From: a virus
Lineage: Duplodnaviria; Caudoviricetes
Virus record (IMG/VR): IMGVR_UViG_3300049454_000013
Span: 1 to 50,153 of that record
Direction: 5' to 3' (one strand)
Length of the DNA: 50,153 nt
A program made the translations under genes and the position numbers. The notes below the pieces were generated by a model that was not told where the DNA came from, made no database searches, and saw nothing but the letters and a program-made list of their open reading frames with translations. Positions 28,505 through 37,283 of the stretch are shown here, piece after piece; position 1 is the stretch's first letter; every line of letters begins with the position of its first letter.

Positions 28505-29383
28505 ATGGCACAACAACACGTAACACTATTAACGGGCCTGGGGCTTACCCCGGAACAGGCGGCACAATTAGATGCTATAAAGCCCGAAGATCTCGCAGCC
28601 TGGAAACCTGATGAACTTATAGGCACCATTACAGCGGGGCAGAAAAACAAGTTTCTGAATGATGCCGAATTCCTGAATGCAATACCGGAAGATAAAATAC
28701 CGGAAGCAACCCGTAAGAAATATGAATCAGGACAGTACGCCCGTTTCCAGAATGAACTTATTGAAGTGGCTACAAAAAAACTGGGTTTGGAGGATAGCAT
28801 ACTTACCCCTGAAGATCGTAAGAGCATAAAGACGTTAGCCGAAAAGATGGCTACTTCCTATCTGGCAAAGAACAATAGCACCGAGGGGCTTCAGAAGATG
28901 CAGGGGGAGTTACAGAAAATGACAACCAATTTGGAGGCAAAGGATGCTGAATGGAAAACAAAGCTTGAAACTGACTTAGCAGCAGTGAATACGAAAGCTG
29001 AAGTGCGGTTGTTAAAAACGCTTACCAGGGCAGAGCTCGGCACATTGGAAGGGATTAAATTAAACGTGCCCCCTTCTTATCTCACCGATCCAATCCTCGC
29101 AGAAATGAACGCTAAATACACGCTGGTTATAAATGATAACGATGAAATCATTTGTATGCAGAAAGAGAATCCGAAGCTACGGGCGGTTGACAGTAAGAAT
29201 AAAAATATTGAGTTTGGGCCCGAATTGAAAGCTTTAGTGATTGCAAAGAAGTTGGGAACTGAAGTGAAGGACGATACCACAGATGACGGTGGAGGTAAAA
29301 AGAAAGTAACCATTGATGGCAGCGGGGGTGAACCGAGTGAATTGCCTGATTATATAAGTAAAAAGGTAAAGGAAAATAGTTAG
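28505..29383 (+). CDS. capsid scaffolding protein
   Basis: Coiled-coil, charged, Gly-rich C-terminus, directly upstream of the capsid gene. Confidence 0.65.
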   Translation: MAQQHVTLLTGLGLTPEQAAQLDAIKPEDLAAWKPDELIGTITAGQKNKFLNDAEFLNAIPEDKIPEATRKKYESGQYARFQNELIEVATKKLGLEDSILTPEDRKSIKTLAEKMATSYLAKNNSTEGLQKMQGELQKMTTNLEAKDAEWKTKLETDLAAVNTKAEVRLLKTLTRAELGTLEGIKLNVPPSYLTDPILAEMNAKYTLVINDNDEIICMQKENPKLRAVDSKNKNIEFGPELKALVIAKKLGTEVKDDTTDDGGGKKKVTIDGSGGEPSELPDYISKKVKENS

Positions 29384-29442
29384 TATATTTGGCTTCTGCA
29401 TGTAAGCTGTAATACAGTTTTCATTGTATAATTTTAAAGGTT

Positions 29443-29476
29443 CGCCGGGGTGCTCATAACTCCCCGGCGTTTTTTA
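29443..29476 (+). terminator. intrinsic terminator
   Basis: CGCCGGGG...CCCCGGCG followed by a T-run. Confidence 0.8.
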
Positions 29477-29525
29477 TTTGGCGATTCAAATGCAGTGGTA
29501 TAGATTTGTCAAGCAATTACAATCA

Positions 29526-29630
29526 GTTGGCTATGGTATTGCCTCAAATACCAACTTCCTTTCTTTCAGTTGGCCCTGGGTAGCCTTATACTCAAAACAA
29601 AACGTTGGCCCGAGTTTGCCTAACAACTCA
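29526..29630 (+). promoter_or_regulatory. three tandem pseudoknot-like RNA elements in the capsid 5' leader
   Basis: GTTGGC-n-stem-GCC loop-stem repeated three times, with compensatory stem sequences. Confidence 0.65.
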
Positions 29631-29675
29631 AACTTAGTTTTCCAATCTTATTATTTCACACTAAACTTTTTATAT

Positions 29676-30806
29676 ATGCCAATGGGTAATTTGGCTACGT
29701 ATGTATGTCAGAAGCTTCAGGCAGACCTGATTGACTTCTACAAACAAAACGCAGCCCAATACAGAACACTGGGTGATACATCATTCCTTAAATGGCTGCT
29801 TTCACCTCAGAACACTGCAGGCTTCAGGAAGATTGAAGTTGAAAGTATACCGGGCAAAAAGCGCGGCGTTGCCTTCGCTGTTGATACTGCGTATTGCCTT
29901 TCACTTTGCGGATTGAATGTTGCGTGCGATGCTGCAAACATTCAGTACGTAGACCCGGCAACACAGGAAATTGTTTTTGATCTTACCAATGCTCCGTGGA
30001 GGCATTGCGATTCACAGGGCAGGCCGGTAAAGCTTCGGTTCACTGAGGAAGATTTGATGAAGTATTGTACCAGGGAAGATACAGGATGGATTAAGAATCA
30101 AATACTGCGTTACCTGTTCGAATTCGAAGAGGCTTTAGACAAAGCAATTTCTACAGCGCTGAATGGAGAAATCGGTACTAATGCCAGCGGTGCAGCAATT
30201 ACCAACATTCCTTTGTTCGTTCAGTCTACACAGTTTGCACCGCCTATTTCTGTATTGAACGCAGAGGCACAATGGTACATCAATCAGGTATTTTCTGATA
30301 TCGGTTTGGATGGCAACTATGCACTTATAGGGGGCACCATTACCAGCAAAATAGCCCAGTTTATGAAGTGGGTAGGATTGAATGAAGCAGGGGTAGATAT
30401 GAGCAAGGCACCCAACAATCAGCCTTACCTGTTTTATAACAGGAACTTCAATGCAATCTACGGGCAGTCAGATATGATCATGATGAGCCCAGGCGCTGCA
30501 CAGTTGGTTACCTGGAATCGGTACAAGGGAGAAAAACGCAGGCAGGTAACTGATCTGTATACAAAGGCAACCGTTACATTACCGCGCACAGGGTTAGAGG
30601 TTGACTTCAAATTCTTCTACGACTACTCCTGTGAAATATGGGTGTACGAGGCATTCTTACATGCAGAGTTGGCAACAGTGCCCCCAGGAGGTTGTAGCGA
30701 TGCGTTGAATGGTATTGATGTTTCCGGCGTGAATGGTATTGTAAGGATACATGATTGCGGAAGCGTGCCACTGATACCGCCTTGCCCTGAAACAGTATCA
30801 AGTTAG
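29676..30806 (+). CDS. major capsid protein
   Basis: 376 aa from MPMGN, follows the scaffold gene, has its own promoter (TAGATTTG at 29501). Confidence 0.75.
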   Translation: MPMGNLATYVCQKLQADLIDFYKQNAAQYRTLGDTSFLKWLLSPQNTAGFRKIEVESIPGKKRGVAFAVDTAYCLSLCGLNVACDAANIQYVDPATQEIVFDLTNAPWRHCDSQGRPVKLRFTEEDLMKYCTREDTGWIKNQILRYLFEFEEALDKAISTALNGEIGTNASGAAITNIPLFVQSTQFAPPISVLNAEAQWYINQVFSDIGLDGNYALIGGTITSKIAQFMKWVGLNEAGVDMSKAPNNQPYLFYNRNFNAIYGQSDMIMMSPGAAQLVTWNRYKGEKRRQVTDLYTKATVTLPRTGLEVDFKFFYDYSCEIWVYEAFLHAELATVPPGGCSDALNGIDVSGVNGIVRIHDCGSVPLIPPCPETVSS

Positions 30807-30840
30807 TGTAAACCCAATTTTGTAACATTCAATTCTGAAT

Positions 30841-31260
30841 ATGAAACGCTTTTTAAAATTCTTTTTATTTACCGCTGTAATGATAGCGGCAACACATATA
30901 TGCCTGGGCCAATTAGTGGAACGAAAGGCCAAAGATTCCAGTGTGAATGGGCAGACGCGGAACATAGTTTGGCGTTCAACGGCTGATGGAATAGTAGGCT
31001 TTCAGCTTACTGCAGTAAAGGTTTCCGGGACGGTTTCGGCGTATGCCATATTGGAGCGAAGGATTGACTACGTTGTTGATTCAGCAGCTTATGACAGGGC
31101 AAGCGCCGATACGTTCTTTATTACCAACGTTTCCACTACCCAGTTGAAAGTATGGCCTATTGATACCCAGGCTGGCAATGGTTACCGAATACGTGTTGTA
31201 AGTACCGGCACCCAAAAGGTATATCTGTACGCGGCTTTCCTTCGAAGGTCGCGGCGCTAA
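30841..31260 (+). CDS. signal-peptide-bearing beta protein (possible decoration protein)
   Basis: N-terminal Sec-like signal; directly after the capsid gene. Confidence 0.6.
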   Translation: MKRFLKFFLFTAVMIAATHICLGQLVERKAKDSSVNGQTRNIVWRSTADGIVGFQLTAVKVSGTVSAYAILERRIDYVVDSAAYDRASADTFFITNVSTTQLKVWPIDTQAGNGYRIRVVSTGTQKVYLYAAFLRRSRR

Positions 31261-31312
31261 ATAGTTTTTTATCGCCTGCCTTCAAATAGTGTTTGTTGTG
31301 TAAACATGTAAG

Positions 31313-31341
31313 AAACCCACTTTGTGTAGTGGGTTTTTTTT
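31313..31341 (+). terminator. intrinsic terminator
   Basis: AAACCCAC...GTGGGTTT followed by a T-run. Confidence 0.75.
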
Positions 31342-31354
31342 ATACATTCGCCTG

Positions 31355-32074
31355 ATGGATATAGTATATGTATTGGGCTTCGGTAGCCAATGGAAAAATA
31401 ATGAAATCAGGTATTCATTGCGTTCCGTTCAGAAGCATGTACAAGATTACGGGAACATATATATAGTGGGTGAGTGCCCGAAGTGGTTACGGGGCCCTGG
31501 GTTGATACATATACAGCATCCAGATGAAAGCAACTTTGTTTCCGTTAATACCAGCAGAAAGTATTTAAGGGCCTGCAGTGTGGGTGCATTGTCAGAATAC
31601 TTTGCTGCAATGAATGATGACTTCTTTTTTTTAAAGCCTACTATACTAAAGGAGTACCCGAATTACTACAGGGGTGAGATAATGACAGATATGGAACGAA
31701 TTAAAAAGGGTCCGTATTTTGAATCCATGAAAAACACACATGGACAATTAACGCGGCGCGGATTTAATACAAAACATTTTGGCGTTCATAAGCCTGGAAT
31801 AATTAATAAATTCATGCTGCCCGATATTATAAAGTGGTTCAATTGGAATGTACGCTTCGGCCTGCTTACAAGATCTCTGTACGGAAATGTTTTGAATGTG
31901 AAGGCTGAACTAACCACAGATTTAAAGATGAAGGCAGTAACGAACATGGAGAATTTCAGGGCCCAGGTAAAGAACAGGGATTTATTTTCGGTAGGTGATG
32001 CAATCCTTTCCCCTGAATTCACTAACGTTATGAATGAACTGTACCCCGAAAAAAGTAGATGGGAAATTGATTGA
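31355..32074 (+). CDS. Stealth-family-like sugar-phosphate/glycosyl transferase
   Basis: MDIVY (CR1-like), EIRYSLRSV.K...IYIV...P.WL and MNDDFFF (CR2-like). Confidence 0.7.
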   Translation: MDIVYVLGFGSQWKNNEIRYSLRSVQKHVQDYGNIYIVGECPKWLRGPGLIHIQHPDESNFVSVNTSRKYLRACSVGALSEYFAAMNDDFFFLKPTILKEYPNYYRGEIMTDMERIKKGPYFESMKNTHGQLTRRGFNTKHFGVHKPGIINKFMLPDIIKWFNWNVRFGLLTRSLYGNVLNVKAELTTDLKMKAVTNMENFRAQVKNRDLFSVGDAILSPEFTNVMNELYPEKSRWEID

Positions 32075-32491
32075 AAACCAACGTGCGGTTTTACCGCCAT
32101 AAGTTAGGCCGTGAGGCCATGTATAAAGAAGGCCCCTATACCGGGGGCCTTCATTCGTCACTGTGCATCTGCAGAAGCGCAGGAGGAGGGGGGAGGCTTC
32201 TGATTCCAGGGTTATGAAATAAGTTTGAAAGCCAGCTCTCTGCAAAAAAGGAGTAGCGCTTATGTATACCTTTGAGGGCGGCGAAACCCTTGTAACGCTT
32301 CGGTATAGCACCTGCAGGAAATAACCGGCTTTCGGTTAATAATGAATGTAAGGTATAACGGTTTTAGTTAATTGTCAATAGTAAAACTCCGATAGTACAG
32401 ATACTATAATTCAGTTAGTTAAAATACCTTTCATATAAGTATAATATATTTTACCTTTGTATATTATATTTAACCTTTAAACTTAGTTCTA

Positions 32492-32731
32492 ATGAGTGTT
32501 CACGAAAGCCAAACCCTTACGTTAGAAGCCTTTAAGCAGGCCATAGCCAAAAAGGGAACCCGTGTATATATGTACGTTCAGTTAGGGGGCGTAAAACATA
32601 CCTGGGTTCCTGTTATTAAAAGTGAATTCCTTAGTTACTGTGACCTGAAAAGGAACGGCTTCAATGCCGTTACCTGCACTTTCTCAAAAGAGGTACAGAA
32701 TATTTATGTTGAACATTTTACCACTATTTAA
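32492..32731 (+). CDS. early hypothetical protein
   Basis: First ORF after the TACCTTTG promoter. Confidence 0.6.
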   Translation: MSVHESQTLTLEAFKQAIAKKGTRVYMYVQLGGVKHTWVPVIKSEFLSYCDLKRNGFNAVTCTFSKEVQNIYVEHFTTI

Positions 32732-32742
32732 ACTTTACACGT

Positions 32743-33240
32743 ATGAATGAAAAAGAATTTAACATCAAATTGCGGGAACTTCATGCCGAGATTTTATGGT
32801 ATTTCAAGCATCCCAATTTTGATATGGATGCCTATAATATTAACGGCTTTATTATGTTAGTGCAGCGATTTAAAAGGGAGCCAGGGGAAGCACATTGCTT
32901 TACATTTTATTTTAATGATCACAGCGCTGCAAAACAGTTGGGCGTTCCTTCAGTGAATACCTGGGCGGGGGCGTATGAAACCATTGTGCAGATGGTTGGC
33001 AAACCATTGGAGAACTTCAAACGGCACCTGAATAGAAGGATGGTATTCCTTGCAACGAAAATGAAGGGAAAGAATTTATGCTTCCCTGCATGGTTTGCTG
33101 AATTGGTTGATGCAATTGATACGGAAGCCGATGCAGCCATATACATTACTTCACTTAAGCAGCAGTTAGAAGATAACTATTGCGAAGTTGAGGCGGCTAT
33201 AGGCGAACGTGGTGTAATATTATTAAACCTTATAAAATAA
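32743..33240 (+). CDS. early hypothetical protein
   Basis: ORF in the early operon. Confidence 0.65.
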   Translation: MNEKEFNIKLRELHAEILWYFKHPNFDMDAYNINGFIMLVQRFKREPGEAHCFTFYFNDHSAAKQLGVPSVNTWAGAYETIVQMVGKPLENFKRHLNRRMVFLATKMKGKNLCFPAWFAELVDAIDTEADAAIYITSLKQQLEDNYCEVEAAIGERGVILLNLIK

Positions 33241-33244
33241 TTTT

Positions 33245-33418
33245 ATGAACAGCTACGAAATAACAGGCAAGGATAAGGATGATTTTTTCCCGGCACTAAC
33301 GGGAACCTTCCCAGGTGAAACCATTCAAAAAGCTAAGAAGCTGGCAAAGGAATATTTTGCAGGCGAATTGCATACAACAGAAAAGAACATTGAAATTTTA
33401 TCAGCAATTAAAAAATAA
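33245..33418 (+). CDS. 57-aa early protein (not in the ORF track)
   Basis: MNSYEITGKDKDDFF...SAIKK fills the gap. Confidence 0.55.
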   Translation: MNSYEITGKDKDDFFPALTGTFPGETIQKAKKLAKEYFAGELHTTEKNIEILSAIKK

Positions 33419-33422
33419 GCTT

Positions 33423-33620
33423 ATGCCACAGTGGAAAAAAATATACCACATTTACGAGATCATGGATAAGAAGCAACCTATGCTCCATTTACGTATGAAG
33501 GATGGCAGGCCCTTCAATAGCGAAGCCGATGCCGAAAAATTTATTTTTGACATTGTGCCACAGGAAAACGATAACGTTGATTCTGAATTCATGGTACTGC
33601 CAACGATACTATTTATATAA
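33423..33620 (+). CDS. early hypothetical protein
   Basis: ATG start MPQWK. Confidence 0.55.
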   Translation: MPQWKKIYHIYEIMDKKQPMLHLRMKDGRPFNSEADAEKFIFDIVPQENDNVDSEFMVLPTILFI

Positions 33621-33637
33621 CCTTTAAAGCAATTACA

Positions 33638-33910
33638 ATGAGCGAAATGACAGCAACCCCTGACGGACATGCGCGAGGGATAAGAGTACAGGATTCTGAA
33701 TTAATGGCCCTTTCTGATGCTATGCTAACGAACATTTTAGACGGATACATTCCTTTGCCTGGGGTTGAAATGAAGGAACAGTTATTGACAATTGCCGCCT
33801 GCACTAATTGTTTAAGCAATGATTTTGAAGATGCCGTTTATTGGGAACGCGAAAGCGGGGCACACGGATGGGCCTGCAGGAATTGCGGGCGTGTAATTCA
33901 GTACGGTTAA
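33638..33910 (+). CDS. Zn-ribbon early protein
   Basis: CTNC...CRNCG. Confidence 0.65.
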   Translation: MSEMTATPDGHARGIRVQDSELMALSDAMLTNILDGYIPLPGVEMKEQLLTIAACTNCLSNDFEDAVYWERESGAHGWACRNCGRVIQYG

Positions 33911-33929
33911 AACCTTTAATTATTACTAT

Positions 33930-34142
33930 ATGGCTACAACTTTGGAATTCGTATTGATGGTAAATGTTCAGTTAGGGCAGCAACTTGAAATGTTGGAACT
34001 GCTTCATAAAGATGCTAATAAGGCAGCACAGAAAAGCCAAAACGAGGCTATTAAATGGAGCGGGGTTTTACTTGATTTACATGAAGCACATGAACACGTT
34101 GCAGCGGCTATGACAGCCTTAAAGCGCTGCAGTACACGGTAA
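33930..34142 (+). CDS. early helical protein
   Basis: ORF with AACCTTTAA leader. Confidence 0.55.
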   Translation: MATTLEFVLMVNVQLGQQLEMLELLHKDANKAAQKSQNEAIKWSGVLLDLHEAHEHVAAAMTALKRCSTR

Positions 34143-34190
34143 CAGCGGGGACATAGCCCGGAAGGGATAAAGCCCCCCAGGAAGCTGTAC

Positions 34191-34216
34191 AGGCCCGGTA
34201 TTTTGCCGGGCCTTTG
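34191..34216 (+). terminator. intrinsic terminator
   Basis: AGGCCCGG-TATTTTG-CCGGGCCT. Confidence 0.7.
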
Positions 34217-34328
34217 TTATGCCCTTCCTGGAAGGAATTATATCATGGATAACTAAACTATAGTTTGCATAATGTAAACTAAGTTTATATATTTACATTA
34301 TTATTTACAAACCTTTAAAAGTCAAACA

Positions 34329-35435
34329 ATGGAACAATTACAAACACTTCTTATGCAGTTAGAAGCCCAGGAAAAGGTAAAGCATGATTACATTACCCCA
34401 GGGAAACAACTGCACTTTGCAAACGGTAAGCTTATTCTATTAGCAAGCGGAAAGGAAATAAGCTATGATGCTACGGAGATCTTACATAACCAGATGGCTG
34501 AAAAGCTGGATATACCAACTAAGTATTATAAGCGCCTGTTCAGCGAACCGGAAAACCTGAAGCTGTTTGATGAAAACTGTAACCACTGGTTAGCAGCTTC
34601 AGATAAAAATTACCTGTTGCGTACATTCCAACATGCAAAGGATAAGGCAAACGTTGCGCGTGCCCTGTTAAGTGACCGTTACAAGATCATTGACAACTAT
34701 GCCGTGCTGTTGGAAGCATTGGAAGCAATTAAAGACAGCGGTATTAAGGTTAGTATTGAAGGCGCTGAATTAAGTGATACCAAAATGTATTTAAAGGTAG
34801 TGGCCCCTGAGGTTGAATTGAAAGCAGAGGAAATGCTTAAGGAATACCGCACAGCTTTACGCGCTGGTACCGATGGTGTAATAAGCGGCTTCACATTACG
34901 CAACAGCGAAATAGGTGCAGGGGCCTTTACCATTATACCCAGGGCTAAAATTTTGGCCTGCAATAATGGTATGACAATGATAAAGGATGGTTTGAAAAAC
35001 GTACACCTGGGGGCTAACATGGATGAACTGGGTTTCAATCAGAACAAAGACGTTATGCGTGCAAACCTGAAGCTTATTAAGGAACAGGTGAAACATGCCG
35101 TTAAAATTTTCCTGAGCAAAGAATATTTAAAGAAGGCTGTTGATGTGTATACCAAATTGGGTGAGCCGAAAATAGAAGCGCCGATACAAGATGTGATTGA
35201 AGTAGTGGGGAAGGATAACGGTTTCAATGAGGAAAGGAAAGCCAACATTTTAAAGTTCTTTGTTGAGGGCGGTGATACGCGCCGTATAGGTTTGGTAAAT
35301 GCTATTACTGCAGAATGCCAAACGGTTGAGGATATTGATGCAAGGAATGAAGGTGAAATTGTTGCTGATGATGTACTGCACACTTTTAACAAAATTGAAG
35401 CTGCAGCGCTGAAGGTGAAAAGGAATTCAAATTAG
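34329..35435 (+). CDS. DUF932-family protein
   Basis: RALLSDRYKIIDN, LRNSEIG.GA...ACNNGM and H.G motifs. Confidence 0.75.
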   Translation: MEQLQTLLMQLEAQEKVKHDYITPGKQLHFANGKLILLASGKEISYDATEILHNQMAEKLDIPTKYYKRLFSEPENLKLFDENCNHWLAASDKNYLLRTFQHAKDKANVARALLSDRYKIIDNYAVLLEALEAIKDSGIKVSIEGAELSDTKMYLKVVAPEVELKAEEMLKEYRTALRAGTDGVISGFTLRNSEIGAGAFTIIPRAKILACNNGMTMIKDGLKNVHLGANMDELGFNQNKDVMRANLKLIKEQVKHAVKIFLSKEYLKKAVDVYTKLGEPKIEAPIQDVIEVVGKDNGFNEERKANILKFFVEGGDTRRIGLVNAITAECQTVEDIDARNEGEIVADDVLHTFNKIEAAALKVKRNSN

Positions 35436-35458
35436 GTTCTTATTGTTTACACATATAC

Positions 35459-35488
35459 GCGGGCGGTACCCAGTACCCCCGCTTTTTT
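35459..35488 (+). terminator. intrinsic terminator
   Basis: GCGGG...CCCGC followed by T6. Confidence 0.7.
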
Positions 35489-35521
35489 AAACCACATTTT
35501 TTAAATTAAAAATTCCTACTG

Positions 35522-36379
35522 ATGGCTACACAGCAGTTAGTTACCAAAACAGACATTTACAAAGTACCTTTTTCGAAGCTGGTTATTATTGACGGTTTCA
35601 ATGACCGTGAAGATTACGGCGACATACCGGAGCTTGCCGAAAGCATACGGGCAGAAGGGCCCAGGGTTCCCCTGAAGGGTTACCGCGATGGTGATAAGTT
35701 CGTGGTTATAGTTGGGCACAGAAGGCACCGGGCGGCTGAATGGATTAAGAAGCAGTACAAAGAGGAAATAGTTTTCAAGTTTGAATGCTATGCCAAAGGC
35801 GCTTCTAAAGCTGAAATGCTTATGGATACCCTGCTTACAAACGCGGGCAAGGAATTAACCCCACTGGAAAAGGCCAACGTTGTAAAGAAGCTGGTTACCG
35901 AAAAAATGACCGTTAAGGCCATTGCAGCCGCTTTAGGCGGGGTTTCCTCAGTTTACATTACCAACCTTTCGAAACTGGCTGATGCCCCTGACAAGGTTAA
36001 AAAGCACATCAGGGACGGCAATGTAAGTGCTACCCTGGTTATTGGCTACCTGAAAAACAAGGATTGCAATATTGAGGAACTGGTTACCGAAATAGAAAAG
36101 AATTTGGAGCCGGATGAAGGTTTGTTCAAAGGCAAAAAGAAAAAGAAAAAGCAGGCAGCGGTTACCAAAAAGAACCTGAACAAAAAGAAAAAGGACACGG
36201 AAGGTTCTGACGATGAGGAAGATACAGGCAATTCAATGAAAACTTTCAAACGGTACATGAAGCAGAATACCGGCATTTTTGCAACCCCTGAGAAACAGGC
36301 AACGTTTGAGTTCGTTAGTGACCTTGTGAATAATAAGGTTACGTACACCGACATGGTGAAGTATTTCACTGGTAAATAA
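35522..36379 (+). CDS. ParB/Srx-like protein with HTH
   Basis: FN.R.DYGDI.ELA.SI, GHRRHRA arginine patch, LTPLEKA, HTH, G..SAT. Confidence 0.85.
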   Translation: MATQQLVTKTDIYKVPFSKLVIIDGFNDREDYGDIPELAESIRAEGPRVPLKGYRDGDKFVVIVGHRRHRAAEWIKKQYKEEIVFKFECYAKGASKAEMLMDTLLTNAGKELTPLEKANVVKKLVTEKMTVKAIAAALGGVSSVYITNLSKLADAPDKVKKHIRDGNVSATLVIGYLKNKDCNIEELVTEIEKNLEPDEGLFKGKKKKKKQAAVTKKNLNKKKKDTEGSDDEEDTGNSMKTFKRYMKQNTGIFATPEKQATFEFVSDLVNNKVTYTDMVKYFTGK

Positions 36380-36387
36380 TAAACCCT

Positions 36388-36627
36388 ATGGCTACAAAAA
36401 AAGGCGGCGTTCCACGTGAAAAAACATTATTAAAAGTTGTAGGCCAATCGTTTCTATTAAAAAGGAATGATCTCGGTCTACAGCTTTTGGATGTTTCTGA
36501 GCGTTCGGGCGTTACTGCCCTCACTATTTCGAAACTGGAAAAGGGGAAGCTGGATAATACCAGTGTGGAAACCCTTCAGAAGATAGCGCAGGCATTAGGA
36601 TTAACATTACAAATTTCAGCAGAATGA
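36388..36627 (+). CDS. XRE-family HTH regulator
   Basis: GL...DVSERSGVT..TISKLEKG...S..TL.KIA.AL. Confidence 0.88.
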   Translation: MATKKGGVPREKTLLKVVGQSFLLKRNDLGLQLLDVSERSGVTALTISKLEKGKLDNTSVETLQKIAQALGLTLQISAE

Positions 36628-36785
36628 AAACCAAAAGTATTTCTTTCGCTTCAGGAAGCAGGGCCCTGTTCGCTTATGAACAGGCCGCTGCCCTGTTGCG
36701 TCATTTAAGAATGGATAGTACATTAGCAAGCTTACGGAGCCACATATTAACGGTTCCTGTATGGTTTCCTTTTTCACACAATTAA
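36624..36785 (+). CDS. 53-aa hypothetical protein (not in the ORF track)
   Basis: ATGA overlap with the XRE stop codon; MKTKSISF... Confidence 0.4.
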   Translation: MKTKSISFASGSRALFAYEQAAALLRHLRMDSTLASLRSHILTVPVWFPFSHN

Positions 36786-36791
36786 CAGCTT

Positions 36792-36995
36792 ATGCCCATA
36801 TACCAATTCAGGTTTGAATATGCACAACGTAAGCAAGGGGTAATGCTATTGTATGCTGTGAGGCAGAACATTGCGGAAAAGGAAGCTGCAGCCGATTCGC
36901 CGTTTTGGGTATTTGAAAGGCAGCGAACAGACCTTCACTATAAGGGAAAGGATTCTGTTGTCATACTATTGCTTTATAAGAACGTTTTAGAATAA
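36792..36995 (+). CDS. hypothetical protein
   Basis: ORF in the operon. Confidence 0.5.
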   Translation: MPIYQFRFEYAQRKQGVMLLYAVRQNIAEKEAAADSPFWVFERQRTDLHYKGKDSVVILLLYKNVLE

Positions 36996-37013
36996 AACCT
37001 TTAAACTTAGTTT

Positions 37014-37283
37014 ATGTTACTCACACTTAATGTATTGAAGTCAATACCTGCAGGTAGAATATTTCATGTAGTCATTACCCAGTTACAATATGAACTACCT
37101 GGGCAAATGGCTAAGTTCGTAGCGGTGAAAGGCGCGGGCCTTAATGATTGGGCGATATACTTCGGGCGGGGGGATGATGCAACCGAGCATGTTCGAAGGC
37201 ATGGCAATAAAGTTTCTACTACTGAATTCATCCAACACATTTGCCCCTGTGATCAGGAAGCATTAAACCTTTACAGAAGATGA
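37014..37283 (+). CDS. hypothetical phage protein
   Basis: VAVKG...DWAIY...G.K motif; AACCTTTAAA leader. Confidence 0.6.
   Translation: MLLTLNVLKSIPAGRIFHVVITQLQYELPGQMAKFVAVKGAGLNDWAIYFGRGDDATEHVRRHGNKVSTTEFIQHICPCDQEALNLYRR

Noticed and set aside
29526-29630. Mini CRISPR array
   Set aside because: Only a 6-nt word is repeated, the units covary as stems, and no cas genes are present.
29478-29675. 66-aa N-terminal extension of the capsid ORF from TTG
   Set aside because: The region contains a promoter and structured leader; ATG 29676 with an AT-rich leader is the better start.
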